DNA from: Candidatus Bathyarchaeota archaeon
GTDB lineage: Archaea; Thermoproteota; Bathyarchaeia; Bathyarchaeales; DTEX01
Reading direction: 5' to 3'
NCBI GenBank assembly: GCA_018396655.1
Contig: JAGTQF010000001.1
Coordinates: forward strand, 63,844-127,843
Length of the DNA: 64,000 bases
In this document: in pieces, positions 9,625 through 17,729 of the stretch
How positions within the stretch are numbered: the stretch's first letter is position 1
Layout of the letters: each line of letters opens with the position of its first letter
Notes under the pieces: model-generated
Told to the model about the DNA's origin: nothing
Seen by the model: only the letters and a program-made list of their open reading frames with translations
Database searches by the model: none
Made by a program: the position numbers and the translations under genes

Positions 9625-9982
9625 TTATTCTTCATGACCAACATCCTTTTTGTATCTATTCTTTTCTATCCAAGCCAGCCATGTCTCTAATCCTCTTTCA
9701 ATAAACCATGAGGCTCTATTTTCAAGACTAAGATGCTTCCTCTCCCATCTCTGTGCTCCTGTTTCTGCCCTCCAGCGAAGGAGCTGAAAAATAGCCCTAA
9801 AAACTGTATTAATTTTCGATCATAAACCTCAATGAGCTTCCCTTCTAAACCTTCTTTCATTAAATCTTTTGGTAAATTCTGAATCTTACTTTTCCTCCAC
9901 CTTTCAAAATACCATAGTATAAGCGCACCCGATTATCTGGAAAATCCTTTGTCACTAAATGATTAAATCTTTGGTTTTCCAT
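9625..9982 (-). pseudogene. degraded gene remnant of unknown family (multiple frame breaks)
   Basis: Reverse-strand reading gives three protein-like pieces in different frames: MENQRFNHLVTKDFPDNRVRLYYGILKGGGKVRFRIYQKI*, QNLPKDLMKEGLEGKLIEVYDRKLIQFLGLF... and ...WRAETGAQRWERKHLSLENRASWFIERGLETWLAWIEKNRYKKDVGHEE*. No intact ORF of 60 aa or more exists across the whole 566-bp gap. Confidence 0.3.
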
Positions 9983-10015
9983 TTTTAGTGATGCTCTATA
10001 GGGCGGTAGAGGAAA

Positions 10016-11191
10016 ATGGATTTAAAGCGGGATTTATCGGTTAGGGAGAGATTTTTCGAGGTAGCTTTCTTTGGAAATCCAGATAAGATTCCGCTATCGT
10101 TGTGGGAAATCAGACCTGCAACTCTCAAACGCTGGTGGAAGGAAGGGTTACCCTATGGGGTCAGTGCCTCGGAGTATTTCAGGTTTGATATTTATGGCTT
10201 AAAGTCCATAAATATAGTCTCCTATCCATCCGAAGGATTTAGATGGGAGCTGAGCGACACGCTAGTTAATTTAGGTCCAATCCCCCCATTTGAGTACAAA
10301 ATTCTTAGGGAAGATGAGCGTTATCGCATTTGGATAGATAGTTTAGGCATAACGCAGATGGGCTTTCAGGATGATTGGAGAGATGGCTGGAGCGGCTTTG
10401 CAACCAGAACCTTCTTAGAATTTCCAGTTAAAACAAAAGAGGATTTTGAGAAGATTAAGAAGCGATATGATCCTTATTCGGTAGAGAGATATCCGCCAAA
10501 ATGGGGTGATATGATAAAGAAACTTAATGAGAGAGATGGAGCTTACTTGGTGAGCGTCTCTACTAGGGGGCCTTTCTGGTGGATTAGGGATATGATGGGA
10601 CTTGAAGCAACATTGATCTCTCTGTTTAAAGATAGAGAGTTAATTCATGAAATCCTGGAATTATATATAGATTTTCACTCTAAGGTTTTAAGAAGAGCGT
10701 TAGAGGAGGTTGAAGTAGATTATATTATATTAAATGAGGATATGGCTTATAAGCATGGACCGATGATTTCACCATCCCTCTTTAAAGAATACTTCTCACA
10801 GGTATACCATGAAATCACAAGCTTCTTTAGGAATAATGGTGTTAAAGTTATTCTGGTCGATAGTGATGGCAATATTGAACCACTTTTACCCGAACTTTTA
10901 AAGGTTGGGGTTAATGGGATGACGCCCTGCGAGGTTGCTGCTGGCATGGACGTTATGACACTTAGGCAAAAGTATCCTAACCTTATAATGATGGGTGGGA
11001 TTGACAAAAGAAAATTATCATCCTCAAAAGAAGATATAAATGGAGAAATTAATAGGGTTACGCCGGCAATAAAAATGGGTGGCTATTTTCCGGGAGTTGA
11101 CCATGCGGTTCCACCAGATGTTTCATTCGAAAACTTTAGATATTTCATTGATTCACTTAAGAAGATTTGCGGATGGATGAACCAAGCATAA
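10016..11191 (+). CDS. URO-D/MtaA-family (methylcobamide-type) methyltransferase paralog A
   Basis: 391 aa. Uroporphyrinogen-decarboxylase-like fold landmarks are ILNEDMAYKHGPMISPSLFKEYF and the C-terminal GGYFPGVDHAVPPDVSFENF. The position of the MtaA HxCG motif reads DSDG. Confidence 0.75.
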   Translation: MDLKRDLSVRERFFEVAFFGNPDKIPLSLWEIRPATLKRWWKEGLPYGVSASEYFRFDIYGLKSINIVSYPSEGFRWELSDTLVNLGPIPPFEYKILREDERYRIWIDSLGITQMGFQDDWRDGWSGFATRTFLEFPVKTKEDFEKIKKRYDPYSVERYPPKWGDMIKKLNERDGAYLVSVSTRGPFWWIRDMMGLEATLISLFKDRELIHEILELYIDFHSKVLRRALEEVEVDYIILNEDMAYKHGPMISPSLFKEYFSQVYHEITSFFRNNGVKVILVDSDGNIEPLLPELLKVGVNGMTPCEVAAGMDVMTLRQKYPNLIMMGGIDKRKLSSSKEDINGEINRVTPAIKMGGYFPGVDHAVPPDVSFENFRYFIDSLKKICGWMNQA

Positions 11192-11285
11192 ATCTGAAAA
11201 ACAAACCCCGGGGTCCATTTCTTAGAAAAACTTAAAACTGGGTGAAGTATATTCTCTGAAATATAATCTAATCTCTAAAAGTAAA

Positions 11286-13487
11286 GTGAGGCTAATCAAT
11301 ATGGTTGATGTGCGCGAGTTAATTTTATCATCTCAGCCAGAGTCTCTAGACTATCCGGTATTAAGCACGGATCATTCTGGACACATAGTTTATTTGGCTA
11401 CTAGCGGCTATCCTAAGCTAGCTGCGGACCATATACTTAATGGAGAGGTTGTTGGGCGTCTGGAGGGCATTGTTGGAGGGGTGCTTCGGCAGTTCAACCT
11501 CATATCCAATAGGATTCTCTTGGGGGTTTCAGTGGATGATTTACTTAGGGATGGAAAAAGTGTTCCTCTTCTAGCGAGGATTTACGAGACATTAATTCAG
11601 ATGGCGCTAAATATTATTGGTTTAGAGAAGGATATCGTTGGCTTCTCTGATGAGGAGACTACTAAAACCTTTGTAAATATACTCGAGACCTTAAAGGGTT
11701 TAGAGGTTTTAGAAAGGAAGATTTTTGGTGGCGAGGCCCCGGTAGCTCACGCTATTATTGACATATTTCTGGCAGACATGAAGAAGGTTATGAGCGGCTT
11801 TTATCGTCCGCCGGGCTCGATGGTAGCATATATTGCCAGAGAGATAGAGAAAGAAGTTAAAATCGACTCTATTATGGAGTCCTTCCTCTATTCTGCCAAA
11901 AAGCAAATCGAGAATAACATATACTACAGGCTTGGTAAGCTTGGCATGTGCAGATTTGGTAATGACTACGCTCTTGGGCTTAGATGGCTTAGGCATTTAG
12001 GCTTTGTCCAGGTCTCAACAAATCCAGTTTTGGCGGCGGCAGCCTATGAGGATGACCCATCTCTTTGGGAGGGCTATAGAAGTGAGGATTTATGCCCAGA
12101 TTTTAAAACTGCAATTAAGCAGGATGAAGAGTGGCTTAAAAGACCGGATGCTCATGGGGATGAGTTGGCTGCCAAAGGAACTGAGGTCAGCATTTGGCCG
12201 AATCTTGTTGTATTCAGGCCAATAGCTATAGCATCAAATATGCGTCATGGTTTAGTTAGTCTCCAACTAAACCCAACGATAGCGGATAATTATGAAAGAA
12301 GTCTTCAAGAAGCCCTAAAAATATACTTTGACGCCGAGGAGTTTCTGAGAAAGTATGACTATTATCTTTTATGGGGCTATTCGACATGTGTTGAGCGCGG
12401 TAGACCAAACATTGTCTTTAAGGTGGCTGGTAGCTCTCCAGCAGCCATCGAGTTGACACGAAAGCTCGAAAGCCTTGGAATAGGCACAAATAACACAGTA
12501 ACATTTACAGTCTCTCAGGAAGTAGAGTTAATATTGGCGAAAATAGAGGGGCGGTCCGAAGCCGTTAAGAAGGGTATATCCCTAACAACGGTATATGAAA
12601 CGAATATGGGCGGGAGACTTGACGATCACATAAGAGAAGTTCAAGCTGAGGAGTTGGTAAGATACGCTCTTGAAAAGTTGGAGGATAAGGAGGGTGCCTT
12701 AAAAAGGCTTGCTGAGGCTTTAGGTGCGTGGGATGCGGTTAAAGACAAGGAGAGTTTAGATGAGAAAATAAGGGTTATTTGTAGCCGGCGTTACCTGAGC
12801 CCATTAAATAAGAAGCCATTTGTAGATTTTCTTGCGAGCTGTGGAATACCATCCAGCTCGAAAGAGACGGTCGCAGAATACTTGACTAGACTTGAGGAAG
12901 ACATCGGATACTGCGGCATCCTCGTGACCAAAAGAGTTTATGAAATCTTCTTTAATCCAGAGAATAGGCTTAAATGGTTAGAGTATATTCGGTCAAAATA
13001 TGGACTTACGAGCGAGCAGGCAGAGTATGTTCTTCAAGGGATAGATGTTTTACCAGCCTCAAAAAGGAAGCCCAAAGAAACACTACTAACACTCTCAAGC
13101 CTCCACATGACGCACACAGAGTTTCCAAATCACCAAATGAACGTCCTACTTGAAAGCCTAAAAGAATCATTCAGAATCAAAGATTACCAAGAATCAGTCT
13201 TAATCGAGGTTGACCCAGAAATAGCGCGTAGATTAATGAGCGGTTGGAGAAAAACCGCTGAGGAGTTTATAAAGGCTTATGAGCTAACCTCTGAACAGAT
13301 CAGGGTTTTAAGGGAAGTTGGATTTGTAAATCCGACGGAGAAATATGGGTCTAGGGGCATTAAGCCATCAGAATGGGGGCTCTTCGGGGCGACTGTGAAA
13401 ACTATGGATGAGTTTACGGGAAGCTACGAATTGTTTAAGAAGAGATGTATAGAATATGCTTCCAAGTTTGTTAAGGAAAAACAATAA
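11286..13487 (+). CDS. large transaldolase-fold protein of unknown function
   Basis: 733 aa. Transaldolase-superfamily landmarks appear in order: GFVQVSTNPVL, GLVSLQLNP, NIVFKVAGSSPAAIELTRKLESLGIGTNNTVTFTVSQ and ETNMGGRLDDH. About 230 aa of unknown N-terminal sequence and a long helical C-terminal region flank them. Confidence 0.6.
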   Translation: MRLINMVDVRELILSSQPESLDYPVLSTDHSGHIVYLATSGYPKLAADHILNGEVVGRLEGIVGGVLRQFNLISNRILLGVSVDDLLRDGKSVPLLARIYETLIQMALNIIGLEKDIVGFSDEETTKTFVNILETLKGLEVLERKIFGGEAPVAHAIIDIFLADMKKVMSGFYRPPGSMVAYIAREIEKEVKIDSIMESFLYSAKKQIENNIYYRLGKLGMCRFGNDYALGLRWLRHLGFVQVSTNPVLAAAAYEDDPSLWEGYRSEDLCPDFKTAIKQDEEWLKRPDAHGDELAAKGTEVSIWPNLVVFRPIAIASNMRHGLVSLQLNPTIADNYERSLQEALKIYFDAEEFLRKYDYYLLWGYSTCVERGRPNIVFKVAGSSPAAIELTRKLESLGIGTNNTVTFTVSQEVELILAKIEGRSEAVKKGISLTTVYETNMGGRLDDHIREVQAEELVRYALEKLEDKEGALKRLAEALGAWDAVKDKESLDEKIRVICSRRYLSPLNKKPFVDFLASCGIPSSSKETVAEYLTRLEEDIGYCGILVTKRVYEIFFNPENRLKWLEYIRSKYGLTSEQAEYVLQGIDVLPASKRKPKETLLTLSSLHMTHTEFPNHQMNVLLESLKESFRIKDYQESVLIEVDPEIARRLMSGWRKTAEEFIKAYELTSEQIRVLREVGFVNPTEKYGSRGIKPSEWGLFGATVKTMDEFTGSYELFKKRCIEYASKFVKEKQ

Positions 13488-13591
13488 TCTTAACTAAACT
13501 AATGTACTTCTAAAATATTTCTTCATCCTTCTATCGATTTATTCTAGCAAGGCTTATATTTGTGGCTTGAGTGTAGTTTCTCGGAGGGTGG

Positions 13592-14749
13592 ATGTATTTG
13601 GCGGTTAATAGGTTCGAGTGTGTTCTTTCGACACTACTACATGAAGAACCGCCTATTACACCACAGGTCTTAGGTTTTACGAATGAAATGTCAAGAGCCA
13701 AATTTATCCCGATTATAGAGGCGGATATTGCTAGAAGGGCCGTTGAATTTGAAAGTGAGGTGAGCAGCGCTTTATGTGAAATAACGGCCGCTGGACTAAA
13801 GCATATAGATAAAGCCCTAAAAGTGGCTGATTACATGGATAACTTTATAGTTGGCGTTGGCGGAGGCGGAATTAGAATTAAAAAGATTATTGAGAGTGGA
13901 GAGGAATGGAGTATTGTAGAGTGGGAGACTGGAGCTAAATGGCGTGTTGGGACATCTAAAACGGTTTGGGCGCGGCAATATATAGACTACCCAGTAAAAA
14001 CTGAGGACGACATAGATAACCTTGAGCTTCCAGACCCAGATGACCCATCAAGGTATGAGGGTATTGAAAAAGCAATAAAATATGTTCTTGACAAGGGTTT
14101 CTTCCCAGCGTGTGGCATTAATGGCTTCTTTTCAGGCGTTTGGTACTTCCTGAGAGGTCCGCTGGAAGTAATTCTAAAGGACATGTATATGAGAAGAGAT
14201 TTCGTAAGGAAGCTGATTGATAAATTTGGCGAATTTAATCTAAGGGCTGAAAAGAACCTTCTTGAGAGAGGCGCCATGATGATAGATTGGCCCGACGACT
14301 TAGGCTATAGAGGTGGAACTTTTATGAATCCTAAACTCTATGAGGAACTCATATATCCATGGCATGTGAAGGCCATAGAATTAGCACACAAATATGGCGC
14401 CTTCGTTAATATGCACAGCCATGGAAACATAATGTCCCTAATTCCCCTCTTCGTTAAAGCCAATCTAGATATGCTAAATCCAGTAGGACCAACCGATAAT
14501 ATGGACCTTAATAGTTTGAAGGAAAAATATGGCGATAAAATATGCTTTCTTGGTGGTTTAAGCAAAAACATCGGCTTCATGAGCGCTGAGGAATTGAAGG
14601 AGCACCTACTTGATAGACTTAGAATTGGAAGCCCTGGTGGAGGCTATATTCTAGGTTCAGAGGGCGATATACCCGTGGAAATGAGCGTAGAAAACTTTGA
14701 ATTGCTCCTTAAAATGAGTAGAAAATATAGAAGAAACAAAGTATCATGA
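13592..14749 (+). CDS. URO-D/MtaA-family methyltransferase paralog B
   Basis: 385 aa. Landmarks are DDLGYRGGTFMNPKLYEE and GGGYILGSEGDIPVEMSVENF. The HxCG position reads HSHG. A Shine-Dalgarno-like GGAGGGTGG precedes the ATG. Confidence 0.75.
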   Translation: MYLAVNRFECVLSTLLHEEPPITPQVLGFTNEMSRAKFIPIIEADIARRAVEFESEVSSALCEITAAGLKHIDKALKVADYMDNFIVGVGGGGIRIKKIIESGEEWSIVEWETGAKWRVGTSKTVWARQYIDYPVKTEDDIDNLELPDPDDPSRYEGIEKAIKYVLDKGFFPACGINGFFSGVWYFLRGPLEVILKDMYMRRDFVRKLIDKFGEFNLRAEKNLLERGAMMIDWPDDLGYRGGTFMNPKLYEELIYPWHVKAIELAHKYGAFVNMHSHGNIMSLIPLFVKANLDMLNPVGPTDNMDLNSLKEKYGDKICFLGGLSKNIGFMSAEELKEHLLDRLRIGSPGGGYILGSEGDIPVEMSVENFELLLKMSRKYRRNKVS

Positions 14750-14772
14750 AGATTCATTCCCTTTTCCTTTTA

Positions 14773-14788
14773 AATCATGACCATGATT
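14773..14788. promoter_or_regulatory. 16-bp palindrome AATCATG-AC-CATGATT, candidate operator
   Basis: Perfect 7-bp inverted arms with a 2-nt spacer. It lies 24 nt after the paralog B stop and 85 nt before the corrinoid-protein start. The spacer is too short for an RNA hairpin loop. Confidence 0.25.
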
Positions 14789-14872
14789 AACCTTCCTAGT
14801 ATATTAGTAGATGAGAAAAAGAACCCTACCTAAACTCTTAAATAATAGTGCTGTTTCTTCTCCTAGTAATAG

Positions 14873-15532
14873 GTGGCCTTCATGAGCAATAGAGAAGAGA
14901 TTTTAAATAAAATTAGAGATGCCATCGTAAACCTAGATATAGATAATATACAGAGATTATGTGAAGAAGCCCTTAAGGCTGGCATACCAGCATACGAAAT
15001 AGTTATGAACGGTATGTCTAAAGGTATGGAGATTGTTGGTGAAAAATACGAGAGAAACGAGTATTTCTTGGCCGAGCTAATTATGGCTGGCGAAGTAATG
15101 AAGGAGGGAATGAAGGTTTTAGAGCCGCATCTTAAGGGCGGAGAAGTAAAAAAGATTGGTAAGGTTGTCATTGGAACAGTTAGGGGTGATCTGCATGATA
15201 TCGGCAAGAATATTGTTGCAACACTACTGAGCGCGGCTGGATTTGAGGTCATAGATTTGGGCGTGGATGTTCCACCAGAGAAGTTCGTTGAAGCTGTTAA
15301 GGAATATAGACCTGATATAGTTGGCATGTCGGCCCTACTGACAACAACAATGATTGAAATGGAGAATGTCATTAAAGCGCTCAAGGAGGCTGGATTGAGG
15401 GATAAGGTGAAGATAATTATTGGTGGAGCCCCCGTGACAAAAGAGTTTGCAGAAAAAATAGGAGCCGATGCTGCGGCAAGAGATGCTGTTGAAGGTGTGA
15501 ATATATGTAAATCGTGGATGGAGCAGAAGTGA
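14873..15532 (+). CDS. corrinoid (cobalamin-binding) protein, MtaC/MtbC-like
   Basis: 219 aa. An N-terminal helical cap is followed by a B12-binding Rossmann domain with GTVRGDLHDIGKNIV (DxHxxG), MSALLTTT (SxL) and IIIGGAP (GG). Confidence 0.9.
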   Translation: MAFMSNREEILNKIRDAIVNLDIDNIQRLCEEALKAGIPAYEIVMNGMSKGMEIVGEKYERNEYFLAELIMAGEVMKEGMKVLEPHLKGGEVKKIGKVVIGTVRGDLHDIGKNIVATLLSAAGFEVIDLGVDVPPEKFVEAVKEYRPDIVGMSALLTTTMIEMENVIKALKEAGLRDKVKIIIGGAPVTKEFAEKIGADAAARDAVEGVNICKSWMEQK

Positions 15533-16611
15533 CATCACTTTTAGATGAAATGAAACCACGCGAGAGAATTAAACTTATCCTTCAACATCGCGAAGCAGAC
15601 CATATTCCAATTCACGATAGCCCCTGGACTGCAACTATAGATCGCTGGAGATCTGAGGGGTTACCCCCTGGCATTTCACCAGCCGACTATTTTGGTTACG
15701 AGATTGTCATTTTTGATGCTGATACAAGCCCGCGTTTTCCCACCGAGGTGTTGTATGAAAATGAGGAGTATATTGTTGAGAGAGATTCTTATGGTGCTGT
15801 CAGAAAGAACCATAAAGATTACTCTACTACACCGATGATAATCGATTATCCCTGTAAGAGCAGGGAGGATTGGGAGAGAATTAAGCCCAGACTTAAGGCT
15901 GACGATTATAGGGTTAATTGGGTTTCTAGTCTTCAGTCTTTTTATCGCGAATATAGCCGAGGTCGCTTCATAATGTATGGTGCTGCGGTGGGATATGATA
16001 AAATACAGCATTACGTAATTTCTGAAAGGCTATTAAAAGCAATAATTAGGGAGCCCGACTGGGTTATTGACATGTACTGGACTGATGCCAAGATCGTTAT
16101 GGAAATGTGTGAGCGTATGATAAGAGGTGGCTTCAAGTTTGACGGTGCCTTCCTATATTGCGATTTAGGTTATCGAAATGGTCTCTTTTTCTCACCAAAA
16201 CATTTCGAGGAACAGCTTCATCCGGTCTTTAAAGAATTATGCCGTTTCTTTCACAGCCATGGCATGTACGTCTTTCTACATTCATGTGGCAGAGTCAAGG
16301 ATTTAATACCATACTTTATTGAGGAGGGAATTGACTGCCTCCAACCGCTTGAAGTTAAGGCCGGAATGGATTTAGTTGAACTCAAGGAAAAGTACGGTGA
16401 TAAAATGACTTTTATGGGAGGTATAGATGTAAGGCTTATGGCGCTTGATGACCCAAAACCAATAGAAGAGGAAATAAAAAGGAAAATTACGGTCGCTAAA
16501 GAGGGAGGAGGCTACATATATCATTCAGACCATTCGATACCTAAGAACGTCAGCTTTCAAAATTACAAGAGAGTCATAGAGCTAGTTAAAAAATATGGAA
16601 AATACAGCTGA
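15514..16611 (+). CDS. URO-D/MtaA-family methyltransferase paralog C (retains the HxCG motif)
   Basis: 365 aa. Landmarks are CDLGYRNGLFFSPKHFEE, LHSCGRV and GGGYIYHSDHSIPKNVSFQNY. The GTG start at 15514 overlaps the corrinoid-protein gene by 19 nt; an alternative ATG lies at 15547. Confidence 0.8.
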   Translation: MDGAEVTSLLDEMKPRERIKLILQHREADHIPIHDSPWTATIDRWRSEGLPPGISPADYFGYEIVIFDADTSPRFPTEVLYENEEYIVERDSYGAVRKNHKDYSTTPMIIDYPCKSREDWERIKPRLKADDYRVNWVSSLQSFYREYSRGRFIMYGAAVGYDKIQHYVISERLLKAIIREPDWVIDMYWTDAKIVMEMCERMIRGGFKFDGAFLYCDLGYRNGLFFSPKHFEEQLHPVFKELCRFFHSHGMYVFLHSCGRVKDLIPYFIEEGIDCLQPLEVKAGMDLVELKEKYGDKMTFMGGIDVRLMALDDPKPIEEEIKRKITVAKEGGGYIYHSDHSIPKNVSFQNYKRVIELVKKYGKYS

Positions 16612-16724
16612 CCAGTTCTATCCGTCAATTTTACCGGTTAACAGAATATCTATTATCTTTATATCAATTTCCAAAACATTTAAATTTTGATATATGATAT
16701 AATGAAGTGGAGGGGAAGAAACAA

Positions 16725-16805
16725 ATGTCCAAGAAAATAGCAGATTTCTTCACGAGACTTAAAAGCATATTCAGAAAAAAACCCAAAGAACCAAGCAAAC
16801 CCTAG
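16725..16805 (+). CDS. possible 26-aa basic small protein
   Basis: ATG preceded by GTGGAGGGG; the peptide is MSKKIADFFTRLKSIFRKKPKEPSKP. It lies in the 222-bp gap after the methyltransferase locus. No homology is recognised. Confidence 0.2.
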   Translation: MSKKIADFFTRLKSIFRKKPKEPSKP

Positions 16806-16833
16806 ATATCATGAAATCCAACTTCATTGCTTT

Positions 16834-17154
16834 TTATTGTATGAAATCTGAAATCATCTCCTTCAGAATTTTCTTGAAGAAATCTCTCATATCTCTGAGA
16901 AGATTCTCACCCTTGCTTGTCAAATGATAATATTTTATATTTCGTCCATCCTCCTTAATCCACCTACCTGCGATAAAGCCCGCCGCCTCAAGGTTATGAA
17001 GGAATGGGTATAACATACTTGGCTTAACCCTTATTCCCATGTAATCTCTAAGTTCTTTAATTAACCCGTATCCGTGGGATGGTTTTTTAGAGAGAAGCCA
17101 AAGTATTAGCGGTCTCTCTAAACCTCGCAGAAAAGATTCAATTACATCAGCCAT
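16834..17154 (-). CDS. PadR-family transcriptional regulator
   Basis: 106 aa. Winged-helix PadR signature: SHGYGLIKELRDYMGIRVKPSMLYPFLHNLEAAGFIAGRWIKEDGRNIKYYHLTSKGENLL. Confidence 0.85.
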   Translation of the reverse strand: MADVIESFLRGLERPLILWLLSKKPSHGYGLIKELRDYMGIRVKPSMLYPFLHNLEAAGFIAGRWIKEDGRNIKYYHLTSKGENLLRDMRDFFKKILKEMISDFIQ

Positions 17155-17224
17155 GGTATTCTCCTCCCAAAAACTTTATTTTTGCAATCATCCCTTAAAA
17201 TTTTAATACTCTCCTCTCTCTTAA

Positions 17225-17593
17225 ATGACAGTGCCATCTTGTGGTGGAAGATTGCCAGCGAGTATAGAGGAGGATTTAATAAGGGCGGCTACTAGAGGCT
17301 TTAGCAGAATTTTTGTTCTCTGGCTCCTAAGTCATGGTTCTCTCTCCGGATATGGAATAATGAAGAAGATGGAGAATCTGACTAAGCGGAGTCTCAACTC
17401 AGGTACAATGTATCCGGTTCTGTATGAACTAGAGCGTGGGGGCTTGATAGTGGGTGAATGGGCTAGGAAAGGACGAAGAATGATAAAATACTATTACATA
17501 ACTGAGGAAGGAAGCAAAGTTTTGGAGAATGTACGCGAGCTTTTTGGGAAAACCATCGGAAAAATTCTCCTAGAGTTTTTAGGAAGGATTTAA
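17225..17593 (+). CDS. PadR-family transcriptional regulator (second, divergent copy)
   Basis: 122 aa. PadR signature: LSGYGIMKKMENLTKRSLNSGTMYPVLYELERGGLIVGEWARKGRRMIKYYYITEEGSKVL. Confidence 0.85.
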   Translation: MTVPSCGGRLPASIEEDLIRAATRGFSRIFVLWLLSHGSLSGYGIMKKMENLTKRSLNSGTMYPVLYELERGGLIVGEWARKGRRMIKYYYITEEGSKVLENVRELFGKTIGKILLEFLGRI

Positions 17594-17729
17594 TCCTTCT
17601 CCATGAAATGAACTATTCTTAGCAGAAATTTAAAAAGAACTTGTGAATCCAAACAATTTTATTCTTGTATTTTTTTGGGTAGCAAAAGATTTATTAATGT
17701 TGTGTAAAAAACTACATTAGGTATGTAAT

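Noticed and set aside
14863-15384. 173-aa ORF antisense to the corrinoid-protein gene.
   Set aside because: The sense strand carries a complete B12-binding signature. The antisense translation is a Ser/Thr/Pro-rich shadow ORF.
10016-16611. In-frame UAG (pyrrolysine) codons, as seen in MtmB/MtbB/MttB-type methylamine methyltransferase genes.
   Set aside because: All five genes of the locus are uninterrupted ORFs ending at ordinary stops. None belongs to the Pyl-containing families.
17195-17206. The palindrome TTAAAATTTTAA between the PadR genes, considered as a specific operator.
   Set aside because: A pure A/T palindrome of this kind is expected by chance in AT-rich archaeal promoters and could simply be a bidirectional TATA element. 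I mention it under the PadR finding but do not call it as a feature.
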